64,000 nucleotides of DNA from Sphyrna mokarran (GCA_024679065.1 JAGIQG010000002.1:93620001-93684000), one strand, 5' to 3'. Positions 1 to 13,140 are shown, numbered from the stretch's first letter. Numbers and translations: made by a program. Notes: generated by a model from the letters alone, not told the origin.

Positions 1-865
1 ATTCCTAGGAAATTGTAAAATCCAGCAGTGCGATAATAATTGACAGCTGTGCTGTACACCTCTTGCTATTCATGGAGGAGGAAGTAGAAAGTGTGAGCTT
101 TGCAAACAAGTTGTCAGTCACTTATTTGATGGACTCCTGGACAGCAAATTGATCAAGTGTAAGTAATGCCTTTGCTGGCCTCGACAACTTCAGTCTGGAA
201 AAGCTGAGCTTTGAAATAGTCTTGACATTCCGTTAATAATATTGTCCCTTTGATGACCATTAGCTGCACTGCCTTTGTAACAGATGGTGCAAGTCTGCAA
301 AAGTCATCTTGCTGACCTAGATTCTGTGGAGGCAGTTCCCTTGGCCATTGCCAAGTAATGTGCCGAAGTCAATAGATATACTTGTCATAATGTCAGCCGC
401 AGATATTCTGACTCAGCTGTCACCTGATCTTCCTGGATCACTTCTTTTCATCTTTCTTTATCTTCTTGCAGAAAATCCGACGATAGAACTTTGAGAGTAA
501 ATCGCGTTTCAAAAAGAAAATTACAGAATGCCTATAAGAGCTCTTTTCTCAGCTGGAGATAGCCTCAGTGGCCCTTTAATACTCACCTTAAATGGGTGGA
601 CTTAATTCAGTTGATAACTTGTCATTAAAGACTGAAAGCTGAGTTCCTTGGCCTAATGCCTTGTCAACAGATAAGGAAGCATATTCTGCATCAATTGTGG
701 GAAATACATAACTCTGCAGTGGTTATTTTTGTAGCTGTTGAGTTTGCAAAGTCCAAATTTTCTCACTTTTTAGTCTTAACTTTTGGGAGAATTGTTTCTG
801 CATAGTGAAATTTTTACCTTGATAGTTTGGTTTGGCTTTCTAAATCCACCTGATGGGCAGAAGTT

Positions 866-1180
866 AATCATAGAATCTCTACAGTGCAGAAGGAGGCCAT
901 TCAACCCATCGAGTCTGCACTGACCACAATCCTATGCAGGCCATATTCCCGCAATTCCTCATATTTACCCTGCTGATCCCCCTGACACTAGGATTCAGTT
1001 ATCATGGCCAATCAACCCATCCTGCACATCTTTGGACAATGGGAGAAAACCAGAGCAAACCCACACAGACACAGGGAGAATGTACAAACTCCACATAGAT
1101 AGTGATCCAAAGCTGGAGTTGAATCCGGGTCCTTGGCTCTGTGAGGCAGCAGTGCTAACCACTGTGCCACCATGCTGCCC
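866..1180 (-). mobile_element. HE1-like tRNA-derived V-SINE, tail type A (CR1-like tail)
   Basis: The reverse complement gives a tRNA-like head with A/B boxes (ggtggcacagtggttagcactgctgcctcaca...gggttcaa), a V-domain (tggagtttgtacattctccctgtgtctgtgtgggttt) and a tail ggcctccttctgcactgtagagattctatg. Confidence 0.9.
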
Positions 1181-2109
1181 TGCTGGCAGGCAGGTTTGGG
1201 TTGAGGAGAGCCTTAGTTGGGAGAGCTGCGGGGGATATCTGCCTTTCCAATAGGGTGTCCTTTCCAACTGGAGGCCAACTGAAGCACATAAAATGGCTGC
1301 ATTAGGACCAATTAATACCTCATCCCATTGCTGCAAGTGAGGAAGTCGCCATTCTGGAGGCTGCTCAGCACGTCCTTTGTGGTGTAAATGCAGCCTGTCT
1401 GAATGGTCAGATCATTCCACATTCGTGGATGTTCTGTGACCTATTGAGGGACTCTACATTGAAAAGGGGATCCTGCAGGAAGCCACCCTCTGCCCATGCT
1501 TCCATTCTCCCCCCACCTCACAGGTGACCCCCCCCTCCACATGACCCCAATCCCACCCATGTACACCCCTCTCCAAGGGTCCATCAGAGGCTCCACTGTA
1601 ATAACCAGGTCAGAGCTGTCAGCCTCCAAATGGCCAGCATGTTTTGGGGCCGCAGTTTCTGCCCTCCTGGGAGGTTGAATGAGATGTCCAGTGATTGGAA
1701 TGTATTAGTGCTGGGCTTTTTGGAGGAAAGCAAGGCTCCCTTGAGTACTCCAACCAGTGGGCCTGAGCCACATTCATTCTTGACCAATATATTGTGCTTG
1801 AAGTACAAACTTCCTATGAAAAGAACACAGCTCTATTGGGTAGTACACAAAGGCATTCTAGACATGCACAACACATTTGGCAGGCTCTTAAGACAATGTA
1901 GTATCACTTTTCAATGAACACTCTTGAAACTATTCTAATTACAGTTTGGAGAGTGAGCAGCACAACGAAACAGATCTGGGAAAATAATTACAAATTACAA
2001 ACGAGGCTCATTATAATTCATCCATTCAGAGAGATTCTGACTTTCCCTCATTTACCTTTAATAGTCTATTGCTTCTTCAATGATTCCACAATTGTCCCAC
2101 TATTCTATC

Positions 2110-2478
2110 TAGAAGTATATTCCGCATGTTCACTTCTTTTGTGAAGAAGAACTTCTTAGCGATGCTAAAATCTGGACTGATTCCCTAATTCTGCTATAGT
2201 AGTTTAAAGTGGATTCAAGTTTTTTTTAATCTTCTATTCAGTTTTATACATCTGTTCAAGATGATTTCTCAGATCCTTCCAGGCTGTAAAGCCTTAGTTT
2301 TAGTTTCCCTGGTTTTTCCTTAATGCATCAAACCTCATGGAAAACAGCTTCATGGCTCTTCTCAGTACTTCCTTTGACACTTGAATATTTCTCTTGTTAC
2401 TTGAAGATCAGAACTGGTGTATATTCAAGACGTGGTCTGACTGGAGCACTGTAAAGATTGAACACTGCTTCCTCTGAC
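2110..2478 (-). mobile_element. CR1-type LINE ORF2 C-terminal fragment
   Basis: The minus strand reads as a degenerate LYSALVRPHLEY..QF motif at about 2410-2460. Confidence 0.6.
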
Positions 2479-2489
2479 TGACTGGTACC

Positions 2490-3290
2490 ACTTCCATCCT
2501 CACCTCAAATGCTACATAGATATGTTTGTCACTAAGATTGAAACCATCCAATAAGTCACTTCTGCTGATCCCTCCTTTCCTCTAGCCCAACGGGCCAAAC
2601 TTTCTGGAGAATGTTCTGTCCCATTCCTGAACTCTGATTACTCTCCATTTTGTCTCAAGCGACCTGGGAGAGGCAGATTGTCTGCCCTCATACCCTGTCC
2701 AAGCTCATCAAATGCATGACACTCACCACCTGCCACCTCATCTTGAGTCTCAATAAAGTGCTGATCAGCCAAATTACCTTCTTCATTTCCATGTTAATGG
2801 ATCTCTTTCTTCAGTTACTATTGCTCCCTCCTTCAAATTTGCCACCTTCATCTTCAATTCACAAAACCAACTCTTGACTCACACTTTCTCCAATCTCCCT
2901 TTCCTCTCCAAAGTCTTTGAATATGTTGTTGCCTCTCAAATCCAATCCCACCTTTCCTGGAACTTCATGTTTGAATCCTTCCAATGAGGTTTCTGCCCCA
3001 CTGTAGTACCAAAACAATTCTTAAAATATTCACGAATGTATGCTACATGACTATGATGAATGTAGACAATCCTTTGCCTGCAGCCTTTGTCCCTGTTCTC
3101 TAACAGAACCACTCCCAATTTCATCAAGCTGAGTGATGCTGCATTCATCTGATTCTATTTGCATTTATCTAATTGTCACGGTAATTACTTTTCTTCCCAT
3201 TTCTAAACCATTATCTCTGGTGTCCCCTAAGCGTCTATTCTTGGCCCCTTTCTATTTTCCATTTCCATGCTGCCTTGAAGTGACATCAAC
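2490..3290 (+). mobile_element. L2-clade LINE reverse transcriptase remnant
   Basis: About 2888-3000 translates SNLPFLSKVFEYVVASQIQSHLSWNFMFESFQ*GF, and about 3220-3257 gives GVP*ASILGPFLF (RT motifs). Confidence 0.8.
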
Positions 3291-5299
3291 CAGAAACAGC
3301 AGGAACAATCTTACCAGCTAGTCATGCTGGTCGATTGGATTGGCAAATCAGTAAGATCCAAGAGAGGCGAAAAACTGGCGCTGGATTACGTGAGAGTCCA
3401 TAGGTGAGATCTACCTAGGCTCGACACTTGTGATAATATTGACAATGACCTACTTAGAAAGACCCACTCTTTCTGCTGCAAAACTTTTGAATGTTGAGTT
3501 AGATAGTGAGTTGTGTATATGTCCTTTCATTTCTGCTACTGCTGGAGTCTTCCTCAACCACCCTGCTCCCACGCATCCCCCCCCCCCCATATACTTAGAA
3601 CTCCCAGTGGCAGCTTCGCTGTTTGAACATCCTCCCTTTCAGCAGCATAGTATGGATCCCTATCTGCTGGGTAGTGATCTGGTTGTGGATTTGGATCATT
3701 TTCCTTCCTCAATGGGATCCACAGTTTCTGATCTCTGTCCTATAAGATTCTTTTGTCCACTCGTCTGTTGAGTGAAGATCTCGGCTCAATTCGTCACCTC
3801 ACAAAATTAAAGCTACATCTTCTAACTAATTTTACTGTACTTGGGATTACATAATAGAGAGATAACTAGAATGATAGAGACGTTGGGACTTTGTGGAAGA
3901 GGTTTCTTTCCTCAGACATTAACTGTAAAACAGGTTTGCTAGATAACTGTGTTTAGTTGGAGAAAGTATCTTATTTTCCCAATGGTATTATTGAACATTC
4001 TCAATGCGTGGTGAGCCTTTACACACTAAAGTCAACCTTCTTTGTGCCATTCTGCTGAGATGCTTTTACCAGGCCTGTGGTAGCTGATGAGATTTAATTG
4101 AATGATTTTACAGTTGTGGAACCTCTAAGTTCATAGTTCATCTTATTAGTGCAGGAATACTGACTGTATACTGACTGGAGTATTATATTGTATATTTGTT
4201 TCACCAAAATAAACATCTTCTATGAAATGAAGCTGCCACAGCCTCCAAGGAGACTCTTTGATTTGCGTCCACATCCCCCATATCCTTGACAATTGCAAAA
4301 TGCCTAAGGGTGCCAGTGGCTTGAATATTGTGGAGTAATTTCTGTTTGGGTGCCTAATTGTCAGCAGTGATAATTCATGTTGCCACATTCAAGGAACTTG
4401 GGTGGTACCAGAGCCATTACTGCATAAAGCTCACAATATAATCCAAAAATAACGAATGACTGGAAAGAAATCCAGGCAAATGTCAGTTTCGATTACCTGA
4501 TAATTATGTCCATAATATGAGTCAGTGAGGAACTTTGCAAGATGTCTGGATATGCGCTGCCATTGTAGGTATTCCAGTGAATATTTGAATGGGGGCCTTC
4601 TCAGCAACTATTCACTTCTTCCCAGCCAATATAAGAGAGCTATTCAGTTGGTTCAAAATAGGCCAAAATGAATTCTTCAATGAAATTGCTTGCGGGCATT
4701 GTGATGGGCAGAAATGGAAGCCTGTAAAAGCTGGCCTTATTTTTTCAAATATGTCAAAAAATATTAAACTTTAGGTAAGGTAAAGCACCTGGTCATAAAT
4801 ATAGCAGAATGCTTAATTTTGTGCTGTCCCTAACTATAACATAATTACCACATTCTCATTTTTAATGCGTTTGTAACAGTAATTTAGGGGGTCAAAGTCA
4901 ATTTTTGTGGGGCAATGCTAATCTAATTTTCTGGGGAATTCTTGCATACTAAATACATGTTATGTACAATGTATTTTGTGGCAATGTTTAGAAACTAATT
5001 TTTAGGTTGATGCATAGGACTATTTACATAATAGAACTGAGTCCGTGGCTATCATTGTTTTCCAACAAAGCTTTATAAAAACAGAAGCATCTCACAAAAA
5101 TTCTGAGTTATCCATCATAGAAATACTAGAATTTTTCAAATATGAGAAACAACATGGAAAATTTGGCAATCCCAGAAAAGACCCATTAGTCTTCGGGAAT
5201 TTGCGTGACCAGGAAATCCCAGCCAATGATACAAGCACGGAAGAGCATTAGAAGTTAGAATTGAACAGTCATATTTCACAAATTATCAAGTTTACAAAC

Positions 5300-5770
5300 T
5301 TGTTGTTTATTCGTTCTCAGGATGTGGGTCTCTCTGACAAGACCAGTATTTATTGACTTTCCTGGATTTCCTTTGAGAAGTTTATTTATTAGAGTCACAA
5401 GTAGACTTCCATTAAGACTGCAATTAAGTTATTCTGAAAATTTCCTAGTTATCATATGCCGTTATCTGTACACTGAGTGAAAATTTAGCATGGCCAGTGC
5501 ACCTAATCAGCACATCTTTCGAACTGTGGCTGGAAACCGGAGCACCCAGACGAAACCCATGCAGACATGGGGAGAATGTGCAGACTCCACACATACAGTG
5601 ATTTAAGCTGGGAACCAAATGGGGTCCTTGGCGCTATGAGACAGCAGTGCAAACCACTGTGCCACCATGCTGCTACTAGCCTTGCTCTTGAACCACTGCA
5701 GTGCATTTTAAGGTGGTCCCACAATGCTGTTAGGTGAAGAGTTGGAGGATTTTGACCCAATGACACTGAC
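5300..5770 (-). mobile_element. LINE 3' end (same family as 6970-7080) split by a nested SINE
   Basis: 5300-5378 (tttattcgttctcaggatgtggg...ccagtatttattg...tttgagaag) resumes at about 5676 (cttgaaccactgcagt...ggattttgaccca). It is colinear with the 6970-7080 copy. Confidence 0.7.
5378..5673 (-). mobile_element. HE1-like V-SINE, tail type B
   Basis: Same head and V-domain as 866-1180, but the tail ends ...cagtcttaatggaagtctacttgtgactctaataaataaac. Confidence 0.88.
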
Positions 5771-6969
5771 TCAGACGGGATCTTGGATAAATCATTTATG
5801 TACATATTTTGAGCAGTTTATTTTGTGAAACATATTGACACATTGAACTGTGCACCCTCTACCGAAGATTTTCTCACCTCAGTCTGCAATGTTGTGCTTT
5901 GTTAAACGTATTTTCTGTGCTTAGCACTAGTCTACAGTACATATGGTTGATCAATTAATTAATCAAAAGAATCGTGAGTAATAATTAATGTTTATAATTG
6001 CTGGGTATCTGACAATTTGTCTCTCTATAGCAGTCAATAATATGGTTGCTATTGCAGGTTCACCATTGTCCATGCTTTATAGACTTTTATATTGAGGTGC
6101 CTAATCCTTGGTATTCCTTCAAAGATATTCAGCTGCTTTCTACAGGTCCCTGCATCTATCTTGGTTTTACAAATTTTGAGCATTTCTTTAAAGGCAGTCT
6201 TCGCCCAGTTATTTCAACATCCACTTGGTTAGGTAATGAATGCATTTAATGAATCCTTTTGGTGCAGTGTGAATGTCTTGCTCCCTGAGACTTGTCTTGT
6301 GCAATGGTGTGGTTCGGCTTTCCTTCCTCTTTCTGCTGCTGTCAATGTAAACTCAAGTTAACAGAAATGAACTGGTTATCTTCTGGTTGTTTAGTTGATG
6401 CATTTTCATTATTATGTGTCATATTCCATTGTATGGTTTGACTTACCTCCATGGGAGACCCGGAAAAGCTAAATAAGTCAAATTATATCTCATAACCAGC
6501 TGGTTACTGCCCAATTAACTTAATGCCTCATAGAGGAATTTATACAAGTTGACTCCTCTCCACATTTAAGAAAGGATTCCTGACCTACTCTTTTTTTAAC
6601 CAAAGAAACTATTCAGAATTTAAATAAAAACCGAGGTGTCGAATGACCTACTTCTACTCCCATTTTGTAAAAGTCTTGTTGCTTGGACATGTGAGCTGCC
6701 CTAACATCAAAACATAAAATCTACCAGGATCTGCAAAATCCTTGCATCAGTTTAATATTCATAGCAAAAATCAGAGGTGAAAGTACAATTTGGGACTGAT
6801 TTCATATTGATTCATTCACTTATTTGATATTGCATTTCCCTATAATGGCATTACCTTCAGGAAAAATCATATGAGCCAACCTTTTATCGTGGCATAACTA
6901 GCATGATATATATCTTGTATATATCTTATTGGAAAAGATTATTGTGTTGCTTGTACGTGAATATTATGT

Positions 6970-7080
6970 TTTTTTCAATTAATTGATGGGATGTGGACGT
7001 TGCTGGCGAGGCCAGCACTTAATGCTCATCCCTGGTTGTCCTTGAGAAGGTGGTGGTACAGCTGTCATCTTGAACTTCTC
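6970..7080 (-). mobile_element. LINE 3' terminus (CR1/L2-group family also seen at 5300, 52095 and as the tail of the 28185 SINE)
   Basis: gatgggatgtggacgttgctggcgaggccagcacttaatgctcatccctggttgtccttgagaaggtggtgg; related motifs recur several times in the window. Confidence 0.7.
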
Positions 7081-7402
7081 GGTGCTCCTGGTTCTCTCCA
7101 TCATGGCCAACAACAAATGTTTTCTAAACACAAATTCATAAAGATAGTTACCTTTTAAATAACATAAAAATCTTAATCTGAACAATGAGTTCCAGCAGCT
7201 CCCAGCAAAAGGGCTCAGATAATCTTTTAAATTAACTGAACTATTGACCACTTCTATGTTCCTACAAAACATGATCAGTTTAATGTGATAATAATTCTGT
7301 GATTTAGAAGCTATGAGATAAATAACAATACTTTAGTTGATGTCAATATACAGTTATTTCAGAACTCATTATTTAACAATTGTTATAATTTCTTTTTTTT
7401 AG

Positions 7403-7449
7403 ACTGGAATGGCTTTAACCTATGATCCCACCGCTGCTATGCAGAACGG
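7403..7449 (+). CDS. RBMS3: RBMS3 coding exon (47 nt; TGMALTYDPTAAMQNG, last codon split)
   Basis: Acceptor tcttttttttag ending at 7402 and donor gg|gtgagt at 7450. The translation matches human RBMS3 AGMALTYDPTAAIQNG as recalled; RBMS1 reads AGMTLTYDPTTAA. Confidence 0.93.
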
Positions 7450-8286
7450 GTGAGTATTTTCTGGAAATGTGTACTGGCTTCTTATAAATTATTGGTGTGT
7501 TAGAAGCATCTCAGGTTACCACCTCCTTCTGTCAATGCCATTCCAAATGTAGCAAAGAGGCACACACTGACATTAAAGTGTTCATGCTGCTAACCTGCGC
7601 TTTATTCAGAGTTCTAGCATTTACAAATGACATGGTAGTAATGCAATTCCATAACTCTTGCTGCCACTCCTAGCATTCCAGGAGGAATTGTCACAACACA
7701 TTTAACTGCAGGACAACAAAACTGAATTCCACCTCTCTGCTTTTGCAGTTGGTCGCTGCTCTGGAATGCTTTTGTGATAACAAAATTAATACAAATGCTA
7801 TCTGCAAAATATACATTGAAATCCATATTTGCACAAGTTCAACAACTATCTGGGGGAGGGATGCCAACAATGGGGAAAATCCATTTTAAGTCTAGTATTT
7901 TTCTGCTGTAGATAAAGATAAGCAGCAGGCGAGGAAACTGGTGACAACAGACACATCTAGCTGTACCCAGCACGCTATTATACATATGGGAACATGTTTA
8001 TATACATACATATAGCAGAGAGGACAATAGTGTCCTCTAAGGCATATGTTGGCAAACAACTTGACAATTAAACATTATGTCTAATGGATGTTTTTAAGTT
8101 GGAGCAGTCAGATTGCCCAGTCTTTGATGTGCATAATTTTACAGTGAACCATTGTAAATGTGTTCCTCATGGACCTGGCTGCTCAAAAACACAGCATATT
8201 GTAGCAGTTGGAAAGGGAATGATGCCAGCTGTGGTTTTTGTCTGGAATTTCTTTTCTTATACTAATATTGTGCTTACTTCCTACAG

Positions 8287-8383
8287 TTTTTATTCTTCAC
8301 CATACAGTATTGCAACAAATCGTATGATTGCACAGACATCTATCACACCTTTCATTGCTGCTTCTCCTGTTTCAACATATCAG
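8287..8383 (+). CDS. RBMS3: RBMS3 coding exon (97 nt; [32 protein letters not shown])
   Basis: Acceptor cttacttcctacag and donor cag|gtaagg. The first base completes the split Gly codon from the previous exon. Near-identical to the RBMS3 post-RRM region. Confidence 0.96.
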
Positions 8384-9339
8384 GTAAGGGTGAATGATCC
8401 ACTGGTCTTTAATTTTTTCCCCATTATTCTGTTCATCATTAACCACACAAGGACTACATCCAATTTTTATATTTTTTTGTTTCTGGAAGACCATTTAATA
8501 CATGCAAATTAGTCAAAAGCCTTGTAGAATTTTTGATTACTTGGAGCTATCTAGAAGGAGGTCTACAAGGAGGAGTTGGATATGTTGGAGCTGAGGTTCA
8601 GAATTTTCTTTTCATATTTATTGTCATCCTGTCCTTCCTGAGCTTTATATGAATCCTCTACAGCCCTTTATTCAGTGGGAGGGTTAGTATAAGTTGTTTC
8701 TGATGCATCTTACTTAGGCCATTTTACAGCTCCTGTATCTGGTCTGGGTCTTCTACACTAATTAATTGTCTTTTTTGGTGAACTGCAGTTTCTACAACTC
8801 ACTAAGAAGTTATTTTGTCAAAAATCTCATCCTGGTCCTCTCCCTCCACTTCCTCAAATATGGCTGTGGTGGGGCTGGAAGAGGCCTCAAAGCGATTGTG
8901 GAGTGCTGGCATATCAGTCTGCTGCTGGGAAGCCATCTTCAGTCATAGACTTTGCTTCCAACACAATAGGGCCAGACACCAAGTGGAAAACTTCAGCTAG
9001 CACTTCATCAGTGGCCTTAATTCTGCGTCCATCCACCTCCATTTATACCTTCATGTTGGCTTCCAAGTCCTGCTCCAGATCTGAGTGATCTGTTGCATCG
9101 CAAGGCATACAAGCGTACATCAATCTTCCCTCACACTATTGGTGAGGTGAATGACTTATTGAAGCATTGGTTATTAATCAGTCAGTCTTTCAGAAAGGTG
9201 ACCATGAGGTTCTGTACGTTTCACGATTGAGTTAAATTTGATTTTTGACAGCACTGACATGATCAATTCTGCAACTGCCCCAGCATCACATACAGATTAT
9301 TTAGTCAATATACAATGGAAAGTGGAGTAGGGCTAGGGA

Positions 9340-9500
9340 AATGCTAAAGTTTTATCAAATCTTTGATTGACAAAGGAGTCAAGAGTTGCAGGAGATGGGC
9401 AGGAAAGTGGATTTAAGGTCCCAATCTGATGATCTTACTGAATGATGGAGCAGGCTCAAAGGGGCCAAATGGTTTTCTGTTGCAATTCTTTATGGTCTAA
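9340..9500 (+). mobile_element. CR1 LINE 3' end
   Basis: tttgattgacaaaggagtcaagag...gatcttactgaatgatggagcaggctcaaaggggccaaatgg, a typical CR1 3' UTR. Confidence 0.75.
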
Positions 9501-11925
9501 TGCCATTTGTCTTGGGTTCCTGCTGAGCCTCCATAAGTTAGATGGGTGATTGGAAGGACCTTGTACAAATTCTGTTCCAGTACTTTGGTTCAGTCTTCTC
9601 ACTGTACAACGAATAACACTGTCTCTTTCCTCTCAGAATGTAAATGGCAATTTTTCTGATATATTAATCTGTGAACCTAATGAAACATGTAAGTCAGCAT
9701 AGAAAATTAACTTGGTCAGCTCATTCGATTTGCATATTATTGTGATAAAAATGGGCAAAGATTGATACAATTTACTGGTAGCCAAGCTGCCACACATAAC
9801 ACAGCACGTGAATGGAATAATTTGAAAATTCAGAATTTGCCAGAAGTTATTTTATAGTATGAATATTCAGATGCTTGTATCAAGTTGACTATTAAAATAG
9901 AGATAGAAATTTAGGATAATAATGACAATAAGTATTTGTACAGTGACAAAAGTATTTCTGTAAAGAAAGTGATATTTGGGCTTGCTATTATAATGCAAAG
10001 TTGTCATTGATAATTGTGTTTGCTTTTCTGTTATGAAGGCAATATTATTTGACATGCATGGGCTGTTGCTCAAAAAATAACAAATTGGCTGGATATGGCA
10101 AAAGGAGGATAGAAGTGGCTCTCCTGGGAACAACACAGCACTCAGGATAGAGCTGTTACTGTATAAACAGTTATAATACAATTATATTTGGTCACTCGTT
10201 CCAGACAAGAACAGGTCACAAATTAATGGATAATTACAAATGAAGAGAATGCTTGACTTAGATCATTCATCTAAAAAGACACTAAATTAACCACATTTTT
10301 GCATCCAGGTAATTTATGTGTGATTCTGTATTTCCACCTGGAAGTCAATTTTTCATACATTGATCATTCTTCATCAATCCTAAATTGACCTGTGACTAGT
10401 TTAAACCTTTGCCTCTTTTTCCTCCACTTCAAATCTGAACTCATTTTCCAGGTTTCTCTTTTCTGTACCTTGGCCCAGAACATCTGATCTCCAGATGGTC
10501 AGACTCCAGGGGTACCCCCCACCAAGATGCAGTGGGGGGCCCCCTTGGAAGTCTCCAAGAGAACTGCCTAGGAAGCTTGGACTTCCGATGGGCAATTAAT
10601 CCTGCATCTGGAACTCCCCAAAACTTTCAATTAAAGTCGGACACTTTGACTCGTTCCAACTCACTAGAAGAATTAGCCAGGAAATTTTAGAAGAATTAAA
10701 ACCAGTTATAACTCCTGGATAATTACACCATTGACTCCCTACTGGAACCTCTTAACTACAATCCTCTGAATCCTCAAATACCCTTTCCTGTCCACATTTA
10801 AGTCCTGATTCAGCTACTCCTCCTGATCCGCACCTCCCCCCCACAAACCCCCAATCTGACTACCTGCTGATCCCTGATTGCCCCAACTCCCTCCAGTCCA
10901 ACTACCCATTACTGCCTCCAGCTACCTCACTGATCAGATTACACCAATTCTCCCCTTTCAACTACTCTGCCAATCCTGGCTGAGTAATGCCTGACCTGAC
11001 TGCCACTCTTAACCACCTGATTACTCCCCCGTGCCCTTGCCCTACAAGCTCTGCCCCTAACGACCCAAAACCCGACTGCTTGCCAATTCCTCCCCACCAC
11101 CTTCCTGACCCAAACCTTGCCCTCCTCCCTCCCAACTACAGTACAACCCTCCAAGGAGCCCTTGACACACTGACTGTCTCCCTGACCTACCCCACACCCA
11201 CACATACCTACGTTCTCTCTGTAGCTTCTAAAGTAGCTTTGGGACATTTTAAAGTTACCAGAATATTGCAGCTAATGCTGTAATAAGGCATGGCTTGGTT
11301 TTCCCCCAGAATTGCTGCATTTTGAAGGAAGACTCGGCACTTCACATTTCTGAACAGGCCTATTTCGGAAGTCTGAGTGAGAAATGTGCAACTTTGGTGT
11401 TGGATAAGTAGATTAGACTAGACTGATGTGACAATAATTGCCACTCCTCGCAGGCTCTGGCCCCAACCATTGATTTATGTTCACGTCTAAGATATGCTCA
11501 TAGATGCCTGTTTTGAAGCTGGAATTTTCACGATTCTCCAATCTTACCACACAACTCAGGCATTTGATGTGTATTCTGGTACTTCTCTACCCTGACTTCC
11601 AAAACTCAAAGATCTCCCATGTTTCTCAGTGACCTTAACTATACTGAGTCAATGTGAATCAGCTCAAACTGAATTCTTAAAAGTTCACCACTCTTTTATC
11701 TACCCTTTGAGCCGTCACTTTACTTTTCAGATGCTTCATCACTTGGAAGGTCAATTCCTGCTCCTTTGCAGTGGCACTGGTACTCGCTTGGTACACTACC
11801 ATCTGTTAAAGTTTCTCAGGAATCTCCAATCAGACCAATTGATTTTGAGCCACCAGAACATTGTGTTATCTGGCTCATGTCTTTTCACCTCCAGGTCCTA
11901 GACTCAGATGAATACCAAGACTGAG

Positions 11926-12270
11926 TAGAATAGAATCTCTCCAGTGCAGAAGGAATCTATTCAGCCCCTCGAGTCTGCATTGACTCTCTGACAAAGCATT
12001 TTGCCCAAACCCACTGCCCCACCCCATTCCCTTAACCACACACATTCACCCCACTAATGCCCTTAACCTAAAACCTTGAGACACTAAGGGACAATTTAGC
12101 ATGGCATATTCAGCTTACCTGCGCATCTTTGGATTGAGGGAGGAAACCAGCATACCCAGAAGAAACCTATACAGACACAGGGAGAATGTGCAAACTCCAC
12201 GTAGTCACCTGAGGTTGGAATTGAACCTGTGCTGTGAGGCAACACTGCTAGTCACTGTGCCAGCGTGCTA
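11926..12270 (-). mobile_element. HE1-like V-SINE, tail type A
   Basis: Aligns by eye to 866-1180 over head, V-domain and CR1-like tail. Confidence 0.88.
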
Positions 12271-12526
12271 CACTATTTGATTGAATGAATGAATGAAAGT
12301 TTCCTTTCTCGTGCTTCTTTACAAAAGTGAACTGTGACAGTCTCAATGTAGTTTCTTGATTCAAGAGGGAACATAAAACTGCTTTATTACACTCAAATAC
12401 TGGGGAACAGGTACTTTCAGGTCTAATATTATGCTACAGGACAAGATTAATTAAAATCTTGTAGCAAAGAAGTTCCTCGAGAAAGAGTGGTTATAATGTG
12501 ATCGAATATACTGGCTAAATTTTTTT

Positions 12527-12584
12527 TGCTCATTGGGCCGAAGGGCCTGTTTCCCGTGCTGTTTTGTTCTTTGTTCTTTGTTTG
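12527..12584 (+). mobile_element. Isolated 3' tail of V-SINE type C or its partner CR1
   Basis: gctcattgggccgaagggcctgtttcccgtgctgttttgttctttgttctttg is nearly identical to 54792-54844. Confidence 0.8.
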
Positions 12585-12619
12585 TACTCAACTCAGCATT
12601 CAATATCATTTTACTTTGT

Positions 12620-13140
12620 TTGAGAGTGATTTAATTAAGTCCAAATCTGCAGTCTGACCAAACAACACAGGAATGAGATAGAAGTTGGCTAAAATAGATT
12701 GGGAAATTGGATTAAAATATGTATGGTGGTAGATAAGCTGTGAAAAATACCTAAAAGACATAATTCCTAATCTGCAACAAATATACATTGCCTTAGGAAT
12801 AAAAATATTATAGGAAATGTGATCCAATTGTGTCTGACAAGAAGCTAAAGGTAGTATTAAATTAAAAGAAAAGCTAATAATGTTGTCAAAAAAGGAAACC
12901 TAAAAATTGGAATGATTTTAGAATTCAGCAAAGGATAGCAAATAAGCTGATAGAAAATAGAATATGAGAGGAATTGGCAAGAGACAAGAAAACAGATTGT
13001 AGAAGTTTTTCCCTAGGTAGGTAAAAAAGAAGAGATTAGTGACAGGAAAATGTGATTCCCTAACAGGCAGGAGAAATGATAAAAGAGAATAGGGAAATTG
13101 TAAGACACTAAACAAATACTTTGGTCCATGTTTTCAGGAA
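12620..13140 (+). mobile_element. CR1 LINE ORF2 (endonuclease-RT linker) remnant
   Basis: A-rich coding-like remnant with K.DC.SF..Y.K.KR and L N.YF.SVF type motifs (ctaaacaaatactttggtccatgttttc). Confidence 0.65.

Noticed and set aside
995-1336. ORFs over SINE copies (also 5503, 40316, 42167, 44942, 58275, 61253)
   Set aside because: They are chance translations of V-SINE sequence, with recurring GFPPGAPVS / CVEFA / HTDS-type peptides.
5830-6460. Gypsy gag/protease remnant on the minus strand (KTKIDAG resembling KIDTG)
   Set aside because: A single weak motif is not enough support.
8084-8512. 142-aa ORF as a standalone gene
   Set aside because: Only 8287-8383 is the RBMS3 exon. The rest is intron that happens to be open in the same frame.
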